From: Chrysomallon squamiferum
Taxonomy: Eukaryota; Animalia; Mollusca
NCBI GenBank assembly: GCA_012295275.1
Contig: CM022670.1
Span: 34,410,001 to 34,474,000, forward strand
Length of the DNA: 64,000 nucleotides
Direction of reading: 5' to 3'
Part shown: positions 1-11,900 of the stretch, piece after piece
How the letters are laid out: every line of letters begins with the position of its first letter
How positions within the stretch are numbered: position 1 is the first letter of the stretch
Notes under the pieces: model-generated
What the model was told of the DNA's origin: nothing
The model's database searches: none
What the model saw: the letters and a program-made list of their open reading frames with translations, nothing else
Made by a program: the position numbers and the translations under genes

Positions 1-3000
1 GAAATTCCTTTACAGATCTGAAACCTTTGCACTAGAAGTGACATACAAGCGATATATAACACCTGCAGATCATATTTACTTATTCCTGGCATTCATAAAT
101 TTTGTTAACTGATAAAAGATAATTTTTATTGGTAAGTTTGTTAGATTGTAAATGGCTTAACAGAAGTTTCAAGAAACAAAAATAATTTGATCTCATAAAT
201 TATATAAAGTATATTTGGTCAACATGAATTTTCATTAAAGACAGATAAATTAATGAATTTGTAATTGCCATGGTATTTTCAGTATACTGATATGATTTTA
301 TGAAAAACGGCAAGTTAGAAGTAACATCCTCATATTTTATTTCTTTACACTAACTTTGTAAGCAGAATCTTACTGATTTCAATCTTTTTATCTCAACTGA
401 TGCCAAAGCCAACTTTGTTTGGTTTTTCTTTTTACTGAATATCTTATAAAGAAATCAGAAAGGATTGCTTTTCAGAAAGACTTCTCTAATCCATTTGATC
501 CGAGGTGCAGGGTGTCTAGATAAGAATCAAAGATATTTTTTTGTTTTGCTTTGCTCTGTCTTGTTTTTGTAGATATATTCCTCAAGTCCCCAGTCTGACT
601 TTGTTCTGTTCTGACTGGAAACACCTCAAGACTCCTGGGACTTTGCTTTGTTTCTGTATTTACATTAATCACTGTATCTTTCTGATGTCGATCAAGGAAT
701 GTGGATAACTTTTTGCTTGAGACACACTTACAGTCATAGAAGAACAAATATTTAGTCATCTTTTAAGAAATTAAGACTTGTAAGTGATTCCAGCCTTTTC
801 ATTATTGTCCAGTATTTTTGCTTCTATTTAAACAGTTGTAAGAGTTGTCCTGCCACTGCTGAAGTATTAAATGACATGGTGTATTTTCCTCTCAGTAAAA
901 GATCACTTACTGACAATTGTGACTCTTTGAGTTGTTTCTGCAAGTTTAATTAGAAAATATTGAAAGTACATGTTGAAATATCACTGTTTGAAAAGCAGTA
1001 AAGAAATCTGTTCATTTATTCCAGTATGTGGAATGTCATTTTTGAAAAATCGTTTTCCTTCTTTAGTCATATACATTGTTGTTAGAAAACTTGTATGTTT
1101 AGATATTTATCCACAGATTATGAAATAAAGAAAAAAGAAATACAGCACTTTCAAAGTAATTAAGACATTAATCTTTTTTTTTTTTTAAAGGAAAATATGA
1201 TGATTTCTTGCCCAGGATTTCAAGCTTAGACTATGTTCAGATTATAAATAGGAAAACATAACAAATTAAACTGACAGTCTGAATAATAACAAGAACAAAA
1301 CAAGATTTTGTTCCTAAATTGTAGATAAAATATGAAACTCTGAATACTAGACAAAGTATTTGATACAGTGCCTGCATTAATATATATATTTAACTGCTAG
1401 GAGATATTGTAACATGTATTTATTTTTACAAAACAAAAATAATTCAAAAACAGATATCCTTGTAAAACTATATGTTGACTTCTGGTTGTTGTTTTTTTCT
1501 ATTTCTATATCCCAATGCTTTGCCTGCATGCAGTCTGTTAATTCTGGAAAACAAAGCTTTGTTGAAGAATATGAAGATATTAGGTTTTTATATCTTATAA
1601 TCCAGTGTTTTGGCTGTTTGCAATCCAGTGTCTGAGTGTTTTGAAAGCTGATAACCTAGAAGGCAATTTGATAAGATTTGGAATCGTAATCTGTTCCTTA
1701 CCAGATGTATGAATTCAAGTCTTGTTCTGCTTGTTCAATGATAACACTGATGCAGGGAAAAACTGCAGACCTGCTAGTTTAACTTTTGTCAGTTTTTGCT
1801 TATATTATGCTTGCAATATTAATAAATATTTTGAAAGGTATATTCCTATAAATTAAGACATTTGGCAGTGTCATGTTTTGGTTTTTCTGTAGTTTACGAA
1901 ATGCTTTAGCAATGATAAACACAGTAAATTAATTGGTTGTTAATGTCTTTTTAATTTCCTACATGTAAGATATTGAGAAAGAGAAATTTTGACATTTAAA
2001 GTGTAAGTGTGGGAATATAAAAATGTCATTGGGAAATGTTTCCACTTTGTGCTGTCTGTTCTGAAGTAAATCTGTTCTAGATTACTTGAATCTTTCTTTC
2101 TTTATTAGCTTTTAGTAAATAGAAATGTTAGATGTTATTTTCTTTTTCTCCATAACTGATGTTATTCCTTGTGTTGTTTATTTTAATATTAATGTTTTGT
2201 TGGGGTTTATTTGTGGGTGGTTTTTTTTGGGGGGAGGTTGTATGTTTAAATTAAATGTAATTTTTATACAGTTCTTTGATATACATTTTTAAAAAGTCCC
2301 CTCTTTATAACCAGTATCATTCAATGTATTTTTATTTAACATTCATCAGAAGCATCATTCAGATTATTTCTCACATTCCAGTATAAAACATTTGTATTTT
2401 TAACTTTCTTTACAAAACAGAAAAGAAAAAAAAATCCTTTATATAATCAGGACATTTATACACACGTGAAAATTAAAACCAAAAATATTTATAATTTATG
2501 AAACAAAGCCCCATAAATGTAACACATAACAACAATGATGAAAGAATAAATTTTTATTACATTTTCTCCCCTTCCTTTTTTTATGTAACTTGGTAAGCAG
2601 AAGCATATGATAAAACCATATGGTTAAACTAAAAGTCAACTTTGTGATAAATAACCTATAGGTTCCAGATTCTTGTTTTTTTTCTTTCTCTTTTAATTCA
2701 CTGTCTGAAATTTGTTCCTATGAATGAAACTTGGCCTCATGTTTTACTAGTTAGTTTAAGCCCAGCTTCTGGATGGAAACAAACAGGAAAATATGAATAG
2801 GAAGTGTCGACTTGGTATGTTTTCAAACCAAACACATTTCTGCTCTTGGTAAAGGCCATAATTCTTGTCAATTGTTTTCTGATAAATGCTACATGTGGCT
2901 CAAATGAGAGAGTTCAGATGCCATTTGTATACTTCATAAAGTTAACATTACAGAGTTTGTACAACGATGCCCACGAGCAGGTGTGTTATTGTTTTGACTT

Positions 3001-3191
3001 CTGTGTCAACCTGTACAGCTCAAATCAGTCTTCATAGCTTGCAAGCTGCAACAAATGCTTTATCAATACCTTCGAATCATTACCTTTGTTAGTAAATGAA
3101 AATTAAGTGTTATGTCTCTATACATATATTCATGCATACAGACATACATAAATACATGCATACATACTTTCACACATACATTCATTCATTC

Positions 3192-3234
<43 letters not shown>

Positions 3235-4587
3235 GTACATATGTGTGTGTATCTATGTATGTCTTTTTCTCTATGTGTATGTTTTTCATTGTTAAAGTAT
3301 GCCTTTCATAATACAAAGAAATGGTTAAATATGTTCTGTGTACTTTTTCCTTTTTTACCCCCCATGTATGTGTTGCATTAAGGGAATACAAGAAGCAGTG
3401 TATACAAGACAGAACTTGAGAGAGATGGACAGACAGATACTAACGTCATTATGAAACATCCAAATCTGTAAAGTAAGATAATGAACCAATGAAAATCAGT
3501 CGGACTTCAGGAATTTACCATACACCTGTGCTATAATTAACGAAAATTCTTCTTCATTCCAAAGCCCTTAGAACTCCACCAAGTAGAAATGATAGGACTG
3601 CTTGTACAACTGAAAGGTCTCAATGCTACGGAACAATCTGACCACAACTGGCCAACACATTGTCTGGGAAAGCTGTCAGCAACATGCTGTACTTGTTGTG
3701 GCACTGGGAACAGCACCCAGAGGAAAGCTTTTGTTTTTTAACAGATTAATGTAGATATGCAGCTATGGGTACAAACATTTCCTGTGTTTTGGCAAGAGAA
3801 TTGGGTGCAGGGATAGGAGATAGAGTAGCTAATGATGTCCGTGGAACCTTTTAATCTTGCATCCCTTGGGCATTGTGTTTTCTGCCAAGTCTTGTACAGT
3901 ACTTGGTACGATGGTTCTTTTTTTATTATTATTTTTATTTTAAAGTCTGTTATCTATTCTCAATACATCTTCTGTGTCCTTGATACTATCAATTTGTCAG
4001 TTAGTTTGCTGTAGGTGTTGAAATATATATGTTGATACCTGTTGGCGTTCACTACCACAACAACGTGTGTGTGTGTGTGTGTGTGTGTGTGATATACTTA
4101 TTTGTTCTGAATAATTCACTTAAACATCTGGTTCAGACAGTTAATAAATTTCTGTTTATCTTTCCCAGTGTATTCTAAAATGCCTGCCAATGCCAAGCAT
4201 TAAATTAATGCACCAACACTTATAAAATTATTTCAACTCAATTCAGGTGATTAAAATAATCAAATTTAGCCATTAAAAGCCTATAAAGATATGAGTTAAT
4301 TAGCTTGTGATAGAGAAACTGATATACAAGACAGTTAAATAAAGCTTACTTGTCTGTACAAGTGATAGAACAGACAAATAGCAGCAAATGCAAATGGAAG
4401 AAGATGGGATAAACATATTTCTTTTTATTATAATCCAATAAAACTAACTGTATTGTCAAAGATGTTGCCTTTGTTCACAGATGATTATTATTATTATACA
4501 TGATACCAATTTACACATTTCTATACATGATAGCATATCCCAATGGATAATGTTGTAGTAAAGATACTGACACATGATAGTTCCTGC

Positions 4588-4711
4588 CAGTTATTTCCCA
4601 TTCCTATAAATTACCCAACACTGACATATCAAACTTTATGTTCTTTCCTGTTTATGAGAAGGTGCAAATGAAACACTCTTTGCTACTAATTTGTAAAAGT
4701 GGTCCATGAAA
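4588..4711 (+). mobile_element. Probable decayed SINE core (MetaSINE-like), second copy
   Basis: ctgacatatcaaa..tatgttctttcctgtttatgagaaggtgcaaatgaaacactctttgctactaat..aaaagtggtccatgaa aligns loosely by eye to the same remembered core. Confidence 0.35.
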
Positions 4712-7700
4712 ACCATAACTTAATTATTGGTGGAGTTTGGGCTAATTTTTAGGTGTATTGGTGGTGGTCATATTTTTTCTCTTTTTCTTTTCATTTAAAA
4801 AAAAAAATTATTTGTTGTAGACAGATGTAGAGATGTAGATGGATGGATGTTATTTTAACAAGTAAAATGTTAATGGTACTGGTTAAATGAACCATTCATC
4901 AAACTTAGACTAAGAAGCATGTAATACACCTGGTCATTGTCAGAAATCGTTTTGTGGTTTGTTACTGCTTCTGCTCATACATGTGAAAATCAGTTTGAAA
5001 ATATCTGTAAAAACTAATTTATCACACAGTTCCCAAACACAGCGGTGCAGGTGATGTTACTTGATGCATCATTTAACTATAAACAAAAGAAAATGGATAC
5101 ACTGGTTTTATTAACTTCAGCTGAACCGTATATAAATCATTTTAATTTATGAAGCCTTTTTTATAATCCATTTACAACATCCATTTGTCAAAAATTGTAA
5201 AAACGTTTTTGAAAAACCTTTTTAGAGACCGAGAAAAAAAAACTTTTTTTACAAAATGACAGAAAAAAGGGTGTTGAGGGTGACAATTACAGTTAAAATG
5301 ATGTAATAAATCTTGTGTGGAAATTGTGTGAGTAATTGTATCCCTGTTGAGAGGGGAGTTTGAGCCCCATGTTGTGTCTTGCTGTTGATCCTATTAGTCA
5401 GATTCAGCCTGGGTGTAACAGATAAATAACACATGTATTTCACAGTATTTTGATGTATAATGTCGTCACTACGGAGGTAATATTTCAGTCTTTATTCAAG
5501 GCTTAATCACCTGTAGGGGCTTTAAATACGCTAATGCAGATCTGTGCTTTTAACTTATTTATTTTAATATTGTAAAAACAAACTCTGACCAGTAGATTTA
5601 ATAATGTGTGTGAATATAATCGGGTTTAATCTTCAATATGAAGGAAAAAAAAAAAAAAAAAAAAAATAATAATAATAATAATGTGGCCTAATGTGTGTGA
5701 AAATAAAAATAAAATATATGAATATATAATAAGAGAATATGTTTATAAATAAATATTTTAATACATGTATGAATGTAAAAAATGTAACATGCTTAAAATA
5801 TGGATGAAAAATAAACTGAATATGTGTGGATGGGTGGATAATAAGTAATAAAATTTATATAGGTAAATAATAAATTTATAATAGACTTAATATATGAAAC
5901 TTCAAGTTCAAAACAAAATAATTAATTATACACTTTATTTCAGACATTTAATTATTTATAAACCTACATCTGAATATGTACCACTTTAAGAATTACAAGG
6001 AAGTTCAAAGGAAATTATAAAATTCATCCATTTTTCACAAATTAAGCAGAAAACTTTCAAGTAAAGTAAAAAAAAAAAAAAAAACCAGTAGAAAAGTGTG
6101 GTTTTGGCTGAAGCTCAAGTTAATCAAAAGTTCAAACACTCAAAAACAGAAGAAAAAAAAACTGAGATTAAAATACATTTAATCAAGCATTTAGAGTTCA
6201 TTTTGATCTTAGGTTTTGACTGAAGATAATCTTTATTTCTATAAGTATGTGTGTATATGATTTGTGTAGATGTGTATGTTTATCTGGTCTGTATCAAGAT
6301 TTTATTGGCCAACATAGATAAATTCCAGTTAAAAATAAAACATCAAAAAAACATTTTATGATAAACATCGAAAATTAAAATTCATAAACTTTTAATAACT
6401 AATAGAAAATTCAACCAGTAAATCAACCACTTTGGGCCATATTTTCACAAACATCTGATTGTCAGTCCTTTAATGATGATTACAGACAGCTGTTTTTGTT
6501 GTGGCAATATTGTATCATCTACCCACCCCTTGCTTGTGGCCTTTGTAAAGATGCTATCACTGCCAGAACCCTGCCAGAAGTATGTCAAATGAGACTGAAA
6601 CCTTAGACTGATTTAACTTCAATTCACAGCCACCTTTCACTTGTAAACAGTTGCATGTTGCATTGTGAGGAGGGAGCTGTGGGGAATCTCAGAGGAGAAG
6701 CCAGGCTGTGATGTCTGACAGATGTACAAACAGACTGCAGGATAATTTGACACAGGGTGTACACATCATCAAGAGGATCACTTGGTGGTCTGGAGCAGTC
6801 GCTGAACATTTGGAAGACGTGAAAGTCAATTATCATTTATAAAATCTCTTAGTTATGATAACACTTGAATAGGTGTTAAGGAAATATCGTTTATTGCATA
6901 ATAAATTTAAAATTGTATGTGTGTGTTTGCAGAGAGAGAGAGAGAGAAAGAGACAGAGCAGGCACACACCCAGACGTGTACACACAGACACTCGCACACA
7001 TTTGCTATATACAGTATACGGTTCTATCCAGTATATTCCTCTTAGACTAATTAGTTGACACAAAATAAGATGTAAGGGTTTTTTCATATTATTATATTTG
7101 TAGGGTTTAGAACAGGCATAATCTAACACACAGACCATTCAGTCACTAATGGTATGTTACTAGCATACATCACTACTAAATGATCCAAACTGATTTCTGA
7201 TTTCTTTGGGTTTAAACCACTCAGATTTTCAGTTCTTCATTTATCACTGTAATCTTTTTCATAACTATATTTCTATTTGTTACATAATTTCTATTCAGTA
7301 ATTCATGTTCTGCTATTTTCTCTGGCTCTGATTTGATTTCTGTCTTTTCATTTTTTATCTTTTTAGCTAATTATGTCTTTTGATGTGGTAAAGAAACATA
7401 CATTTTTACTTTATATTAATACTTAAGTATTACCAGGGTTTGTATTATTACATTCAAAGATGTGAACTTGTTTAATGTTGAATCACGCCATTATTTAAAC
7501 ACCATACAGTCCAAAACAATTCAGTACTTCATAAAGCATTCTGAAGTGAAAATGCCTTAATCTATACATCATCATTAACTTAGAACTACACTGCAGAAAT
7601 AAAGATAATTTTTGAATTCTGTGACACTCATAAACTTTGTAGTTAAACTGATACACAGACAAATACTAGGTGGTCTTCAGTGGACAAGCAACCATCTTTG

Positions 7701-8657
7701 CTGGCACCAAGCACCCAACTGGGAATCAATTCAAGTGTTCATCTAGGTATTTACTCTTTTAGCAGCTGCGCAGGCCAGGAATGCTATAATGACCTGTGGT
7801 CAGTTGGTCTTGAGGGCTTTTTACCTTGGTTTCCTCCAGTTTACATTGTAAACCTGTGCACAGGGGAATGCGGGGAAACTGTTAACATATGTTGAACACC
7901 GATACCTGGGTTTTTACTCTTGTACTCCATCAGAGCTTCACTCTAGGGAGTGAAAACTCTGCTGGCAGATCAGCCATACTTATCATGATTTACATACTTG
8001 CCTTGTGACAGCATTAAGACTAAATGTATGGAGACAGAATTGTTTATGAGCCAGATAAAAGAAACAAATGTGGTGAAAAACAATCAAAATTATGTTAATA
8101 ATTATCAAAAGTATAAGATCTTAACACTGTTCAAGGATAATCAAATAAAATTATCAAATATGATTATTCTATATTCTTCTGATAGTGTTTAATTTTTTTT
8201 ATTATTTTAGAAGTATGTTTATATTCAATATCATCATTAGACTGATTTCTAAATAGCTTTTTCATATTTATTTTCCAGTGGCCCTTTTATAAATGCAGCT
8301 TTATCCAGATATTTCTAACAAATGCTGTACTTCCCATAATTTTTTCTAATGCTTTGTTAAGTACTAACAATTGACTAAATTTTGAATGGAGAACTTTTTT
8401 TAGTTCCTTATCTTTTAACTTAATATGTTCTACTCTGTTTATAATCACTTAGTTTATAATCATATAATTTCATTTAGAAGACACTAATAGAGAAGATCAG
8501 ATAGTCCCTGAGCACTGTAAGGTGTTTTCACTTGTATCATCAACCTTTCTTCAGAGCTGTAAAGAATGAAGACTTGAATAACATCTTTCTTTTTTTCACA
8601 TCATATTTAACACCCTTTAACTATATCTCTTCTCAAAACGCTTTGTGTTGTTTTCAG

Positions 8658-8912
8658 GAAACCCACAGTGTGTGAGAAGTACAATGGAAATGTGTGCAAG
8701 CACATCCTGGGAGACAGAAACGTCTACTACAACCAGTCTCTGGACGACCCTGCGGGGGACCCAGAGATGCTGGTGGAGAGTCTGCTGGCCGACATGAACG
8801 CCTCCAAGTTCTCTGCTCTGTGTCAGGACGCAGCTGAAAAGATTCTTTGTCACTACGCCTTCCCTGACTGTGTCCCCACTGAAGTGAAACCAGAGCCCAG
8901 AACAGTGTGCAG
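8658..8912 (+). CDS. MUSK: MuSK-like exon: N-terminal half of Frizzled-like cysteine-rich domain
   Basis: Acceptor ttttcag|G at 8657/8658 (an alternative cacag| acceptor at 8668/8669 is possible); donor AG|gtaaat at 8912. Peptide [17 protein letters not shown]...[17 protein letters not shown]...PRTVCR has Fz-CRD cysteine spacing. Confidence 0.88.
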
Positions 8913-11900
8913 GTAAATGATTAAAATGATTTATATCTTCAAATATAAGATTTTGTGTGCATTTTGAAGACTTTTGCTGTTTTGTTTTGTTTTGTTTTTG
9001 TGGTATTTTTTTAGGGTATGTGGGAGTGAGATTCTTATATTATACATTGGAACCTGACCAAAAACTATTGTCCTGTCATCATTATACAAACAATAGAGCC
9101 TTAAAACACATAAACATCATAGTAATCTTTATGATGTCAGTGATCTGCATTTTTTGATAATATGATTTTTGTGGACACATAATAATAATGTATGTAAAAA
9201 TTATCTTTGTGAATTAAGATATTAAAATATCCCATTTTTATTTTCTGTAGAAATAATGAATTAAAGAAAAAGTTGTAGTTTTTAAAATAAGGACAAGGAT
9301 ATGCAGACCCTTTGAGCAATGATAACAGAAGTTTTGACATGTATCTTCATGTTCAGTAGCTTTGGAGTCTTCCAGAAATTCATACCATTTTAAACTCTTT
9401 TTTTTTTCTCTTCATTACACATTGACCATTAACTGTATCTACATATTCTGAGTAGCTGTGTCCATCATTCATATGTTGTACAGTTTTAAAAAGAAACTTA
9501 AATAAACAGAAACGATGAGATACACCCAGAACAAGGCCAGGTGTTTCTTTTTCTCACTGTAAGTATCACCACATTTTCTTCAGTATGAAAACTAATGACT
9601 ATACACTGATCATTACCAAGCAGTTGTTGTTTGTTTTCAAAGTGTCATCAGTTGACTCAGTATACAAGTGTTATGTTAGGTTGTTCCATGACATGTACAT
9701 AGCAAGGAAAAGGAGAAGATGATGTTTGAAAGTCAAATGTTTATTCTGGAGATAACTGACAAGCAGAAAGCAAATATTGCTTGGTAAGAATGACGTCTCC
9801 ATTGCAGAAATAACAGAAGTGGAAAGCAAGAGAAAAATGACAGTTCACTGTTGTTGAAATCAGATACTGCTTGGTTTAAAAATGATGTTTTTGTCTGGAA
9901 TTTTCTGCTGTCACATCCTGAGAGCCACTGATTGAGGAAATGACAGATCCGCAAAACAGAAGGGAAAAAAAGATTGTTAAAACATCTAAGTTTATTGAGT
10001 CGTTAAGGAGACAGCATTTTGGCTTGATTTTTTTTTTTATTTTTTTTTTCAAATTTTAAAAAGAAGGAATAAAGAATTCTTTTAAACTTCCTGAGTGTTG
10101 TGGAAAATTAATTATTCAGACCAGTGAAGCAGATAAAACTGAACATTAAAAGTGCATTGTCATTAAATATGGCAGACTTAGTCAGATTTGTCCTGTCTCT
10201 CTAGAGAGACAAATTACCTTACAAGTACAAAATGAAAACAAATTTTAGAAACATGAACTCCTTAATTTGTTAAAGAGAAAAAAAAAAAAAACGTTTCAAC
10301 GTGTTCAGTATCCCAGGAGTTTTATTTTTCTATTTTTTTAATTATTATTACCATGATTAGTATTGTTGTTGTTGTTAATATTTATTTTGATTTAAGAAGG
10401 GAAGCTTAAGAACAGCAGAAAGAAGTCTTTAATTTGTCAGAATTAAAAACACATTGTAAATGACATATAATACTTAATATTTACTGGTTTTCATTTTTTT
10501 TTATTAAGATGAACAATAGTTAAACATTCAGTCTATAAAATTTTCATCATTAGAATCTTAGTTATATATATGTACTGTCATTAACTGGAACCTGAAAAGT
10601 GAAAATTGTCTTTATAATAATTGTGAACAGCAGCCAGAACTAATAATTTAAAAAAAAACTCAAAAGATGCATTGAAACAACACATTTTTATGATGTCAAG
10701 TTATGGCTTGTTATTGCTGGAATCTTAGAACCTGTTAACAAAATTTTAAAAAATTTGACTTCATCATATGTTTATGATTAAATTCCATTTCCTTTTCTTT
10801 TACAAGTTCGTAAAATATAACATTTATTTGTTTTTCTTTTTTCTTTTTGAGCAGAGGGAGGGGTCAGGGTTTCATTTATTTTTCTTTCTTATTTTTAAGT
10901 TTTAAGAGGCTCAAATAAGAGATGATTAAAAATGGCAGTTGGTGATTTCTGTGATAGCTGTGATGTTGTGTGTTGTAACTGTAACAGAATGTAAAGTGTT
11001 GCTGTGTAAATGTAAGCTGGTGATTGCTGTGACAGCTGTGTGTTGTAACTGTAACAGAATGTAAAGTCTTGCTGTGTACATGTAAGTTAGTGATTTCTGT
11101 GACTGCTGTGACAGCTGTGTGTTGTAACTGTAACAGAATGTAAAGTCTTGCTGTGTACATGTAAGTTAGTGATTTCTGTGACAGCTGTGTTGTAACTGTG
11201 TGTTGTAACTGGTGAACAGCTGTGTGTTGTAACTGTAACAGAATGTAAAGTCTTGCTGTGTAAATGTAAGTTGGTGATTTCTGTGACAGCTGTGATGTTG
11301 TGTGTTGTAACTGTAACAGAATGTAAAGTCTTGCTGTGTAAATGTAAGTTAGTGATTTCTGTGACAGCTGTGATGTTGTGTGTTGTAACTGTAACAGAAT
11401 GTAAAGTCTTGCTGTGTAAATGTAAGTTAGTGATTTCTGTGACAGCTGTGAAGCTGTGTGTTGTAACTGTAACAGAATGTAAAGTCTTGCTGTGTAAATG
11501 TAAAATGTTAGTGATTTCTGTGAACAGTCTTGCTGTGTAAATGTTGGTGATTTCTGTGACAGCTGTGATGTTGTGTGTTGTAACTGTAAGTCTTGCAGGG
11601 TTGCTAGTGTTGACAAGCAGAGTTAAGACTTCAATCACTTTAACAGCCAGCACAGTCTGGGGCAACCTGTTCTCAAACTCAAAAAAAAAAAAAAAAAAAA
11701 AAATGGCTGGAATTTCTGTTTCCTATAGACTTTAAAATATTGTAACCAGATATGGAAATAATGTTTTTTAAGTGGTTAAATATTTATATAACAGATGATA
11801 CTGCTCTTGAGAGATAAAGAAAGGTTGTTTGTTTAAAAACAAATGCTGTTGAAATAGGAATAGATTTTAAACATTGTTAAATGTATACAGCAAGAATCTG

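Noticed and set aside
472-759. 95-aa minus-strand ORF
   Set aside because: No recognisable domain, no convincing splice partners, and composition like the surrounding intron.
10876-11735. Long overlapping ORFs (246 aa, 192 aa) with repetitive Thr/His/Gln-rich peptides
   Set aside because: They come from a 78-bp (multiple of 3) minisatellite that is open in several frames on both strands. There is no splice or start context, and they lie in a MuSK intron.
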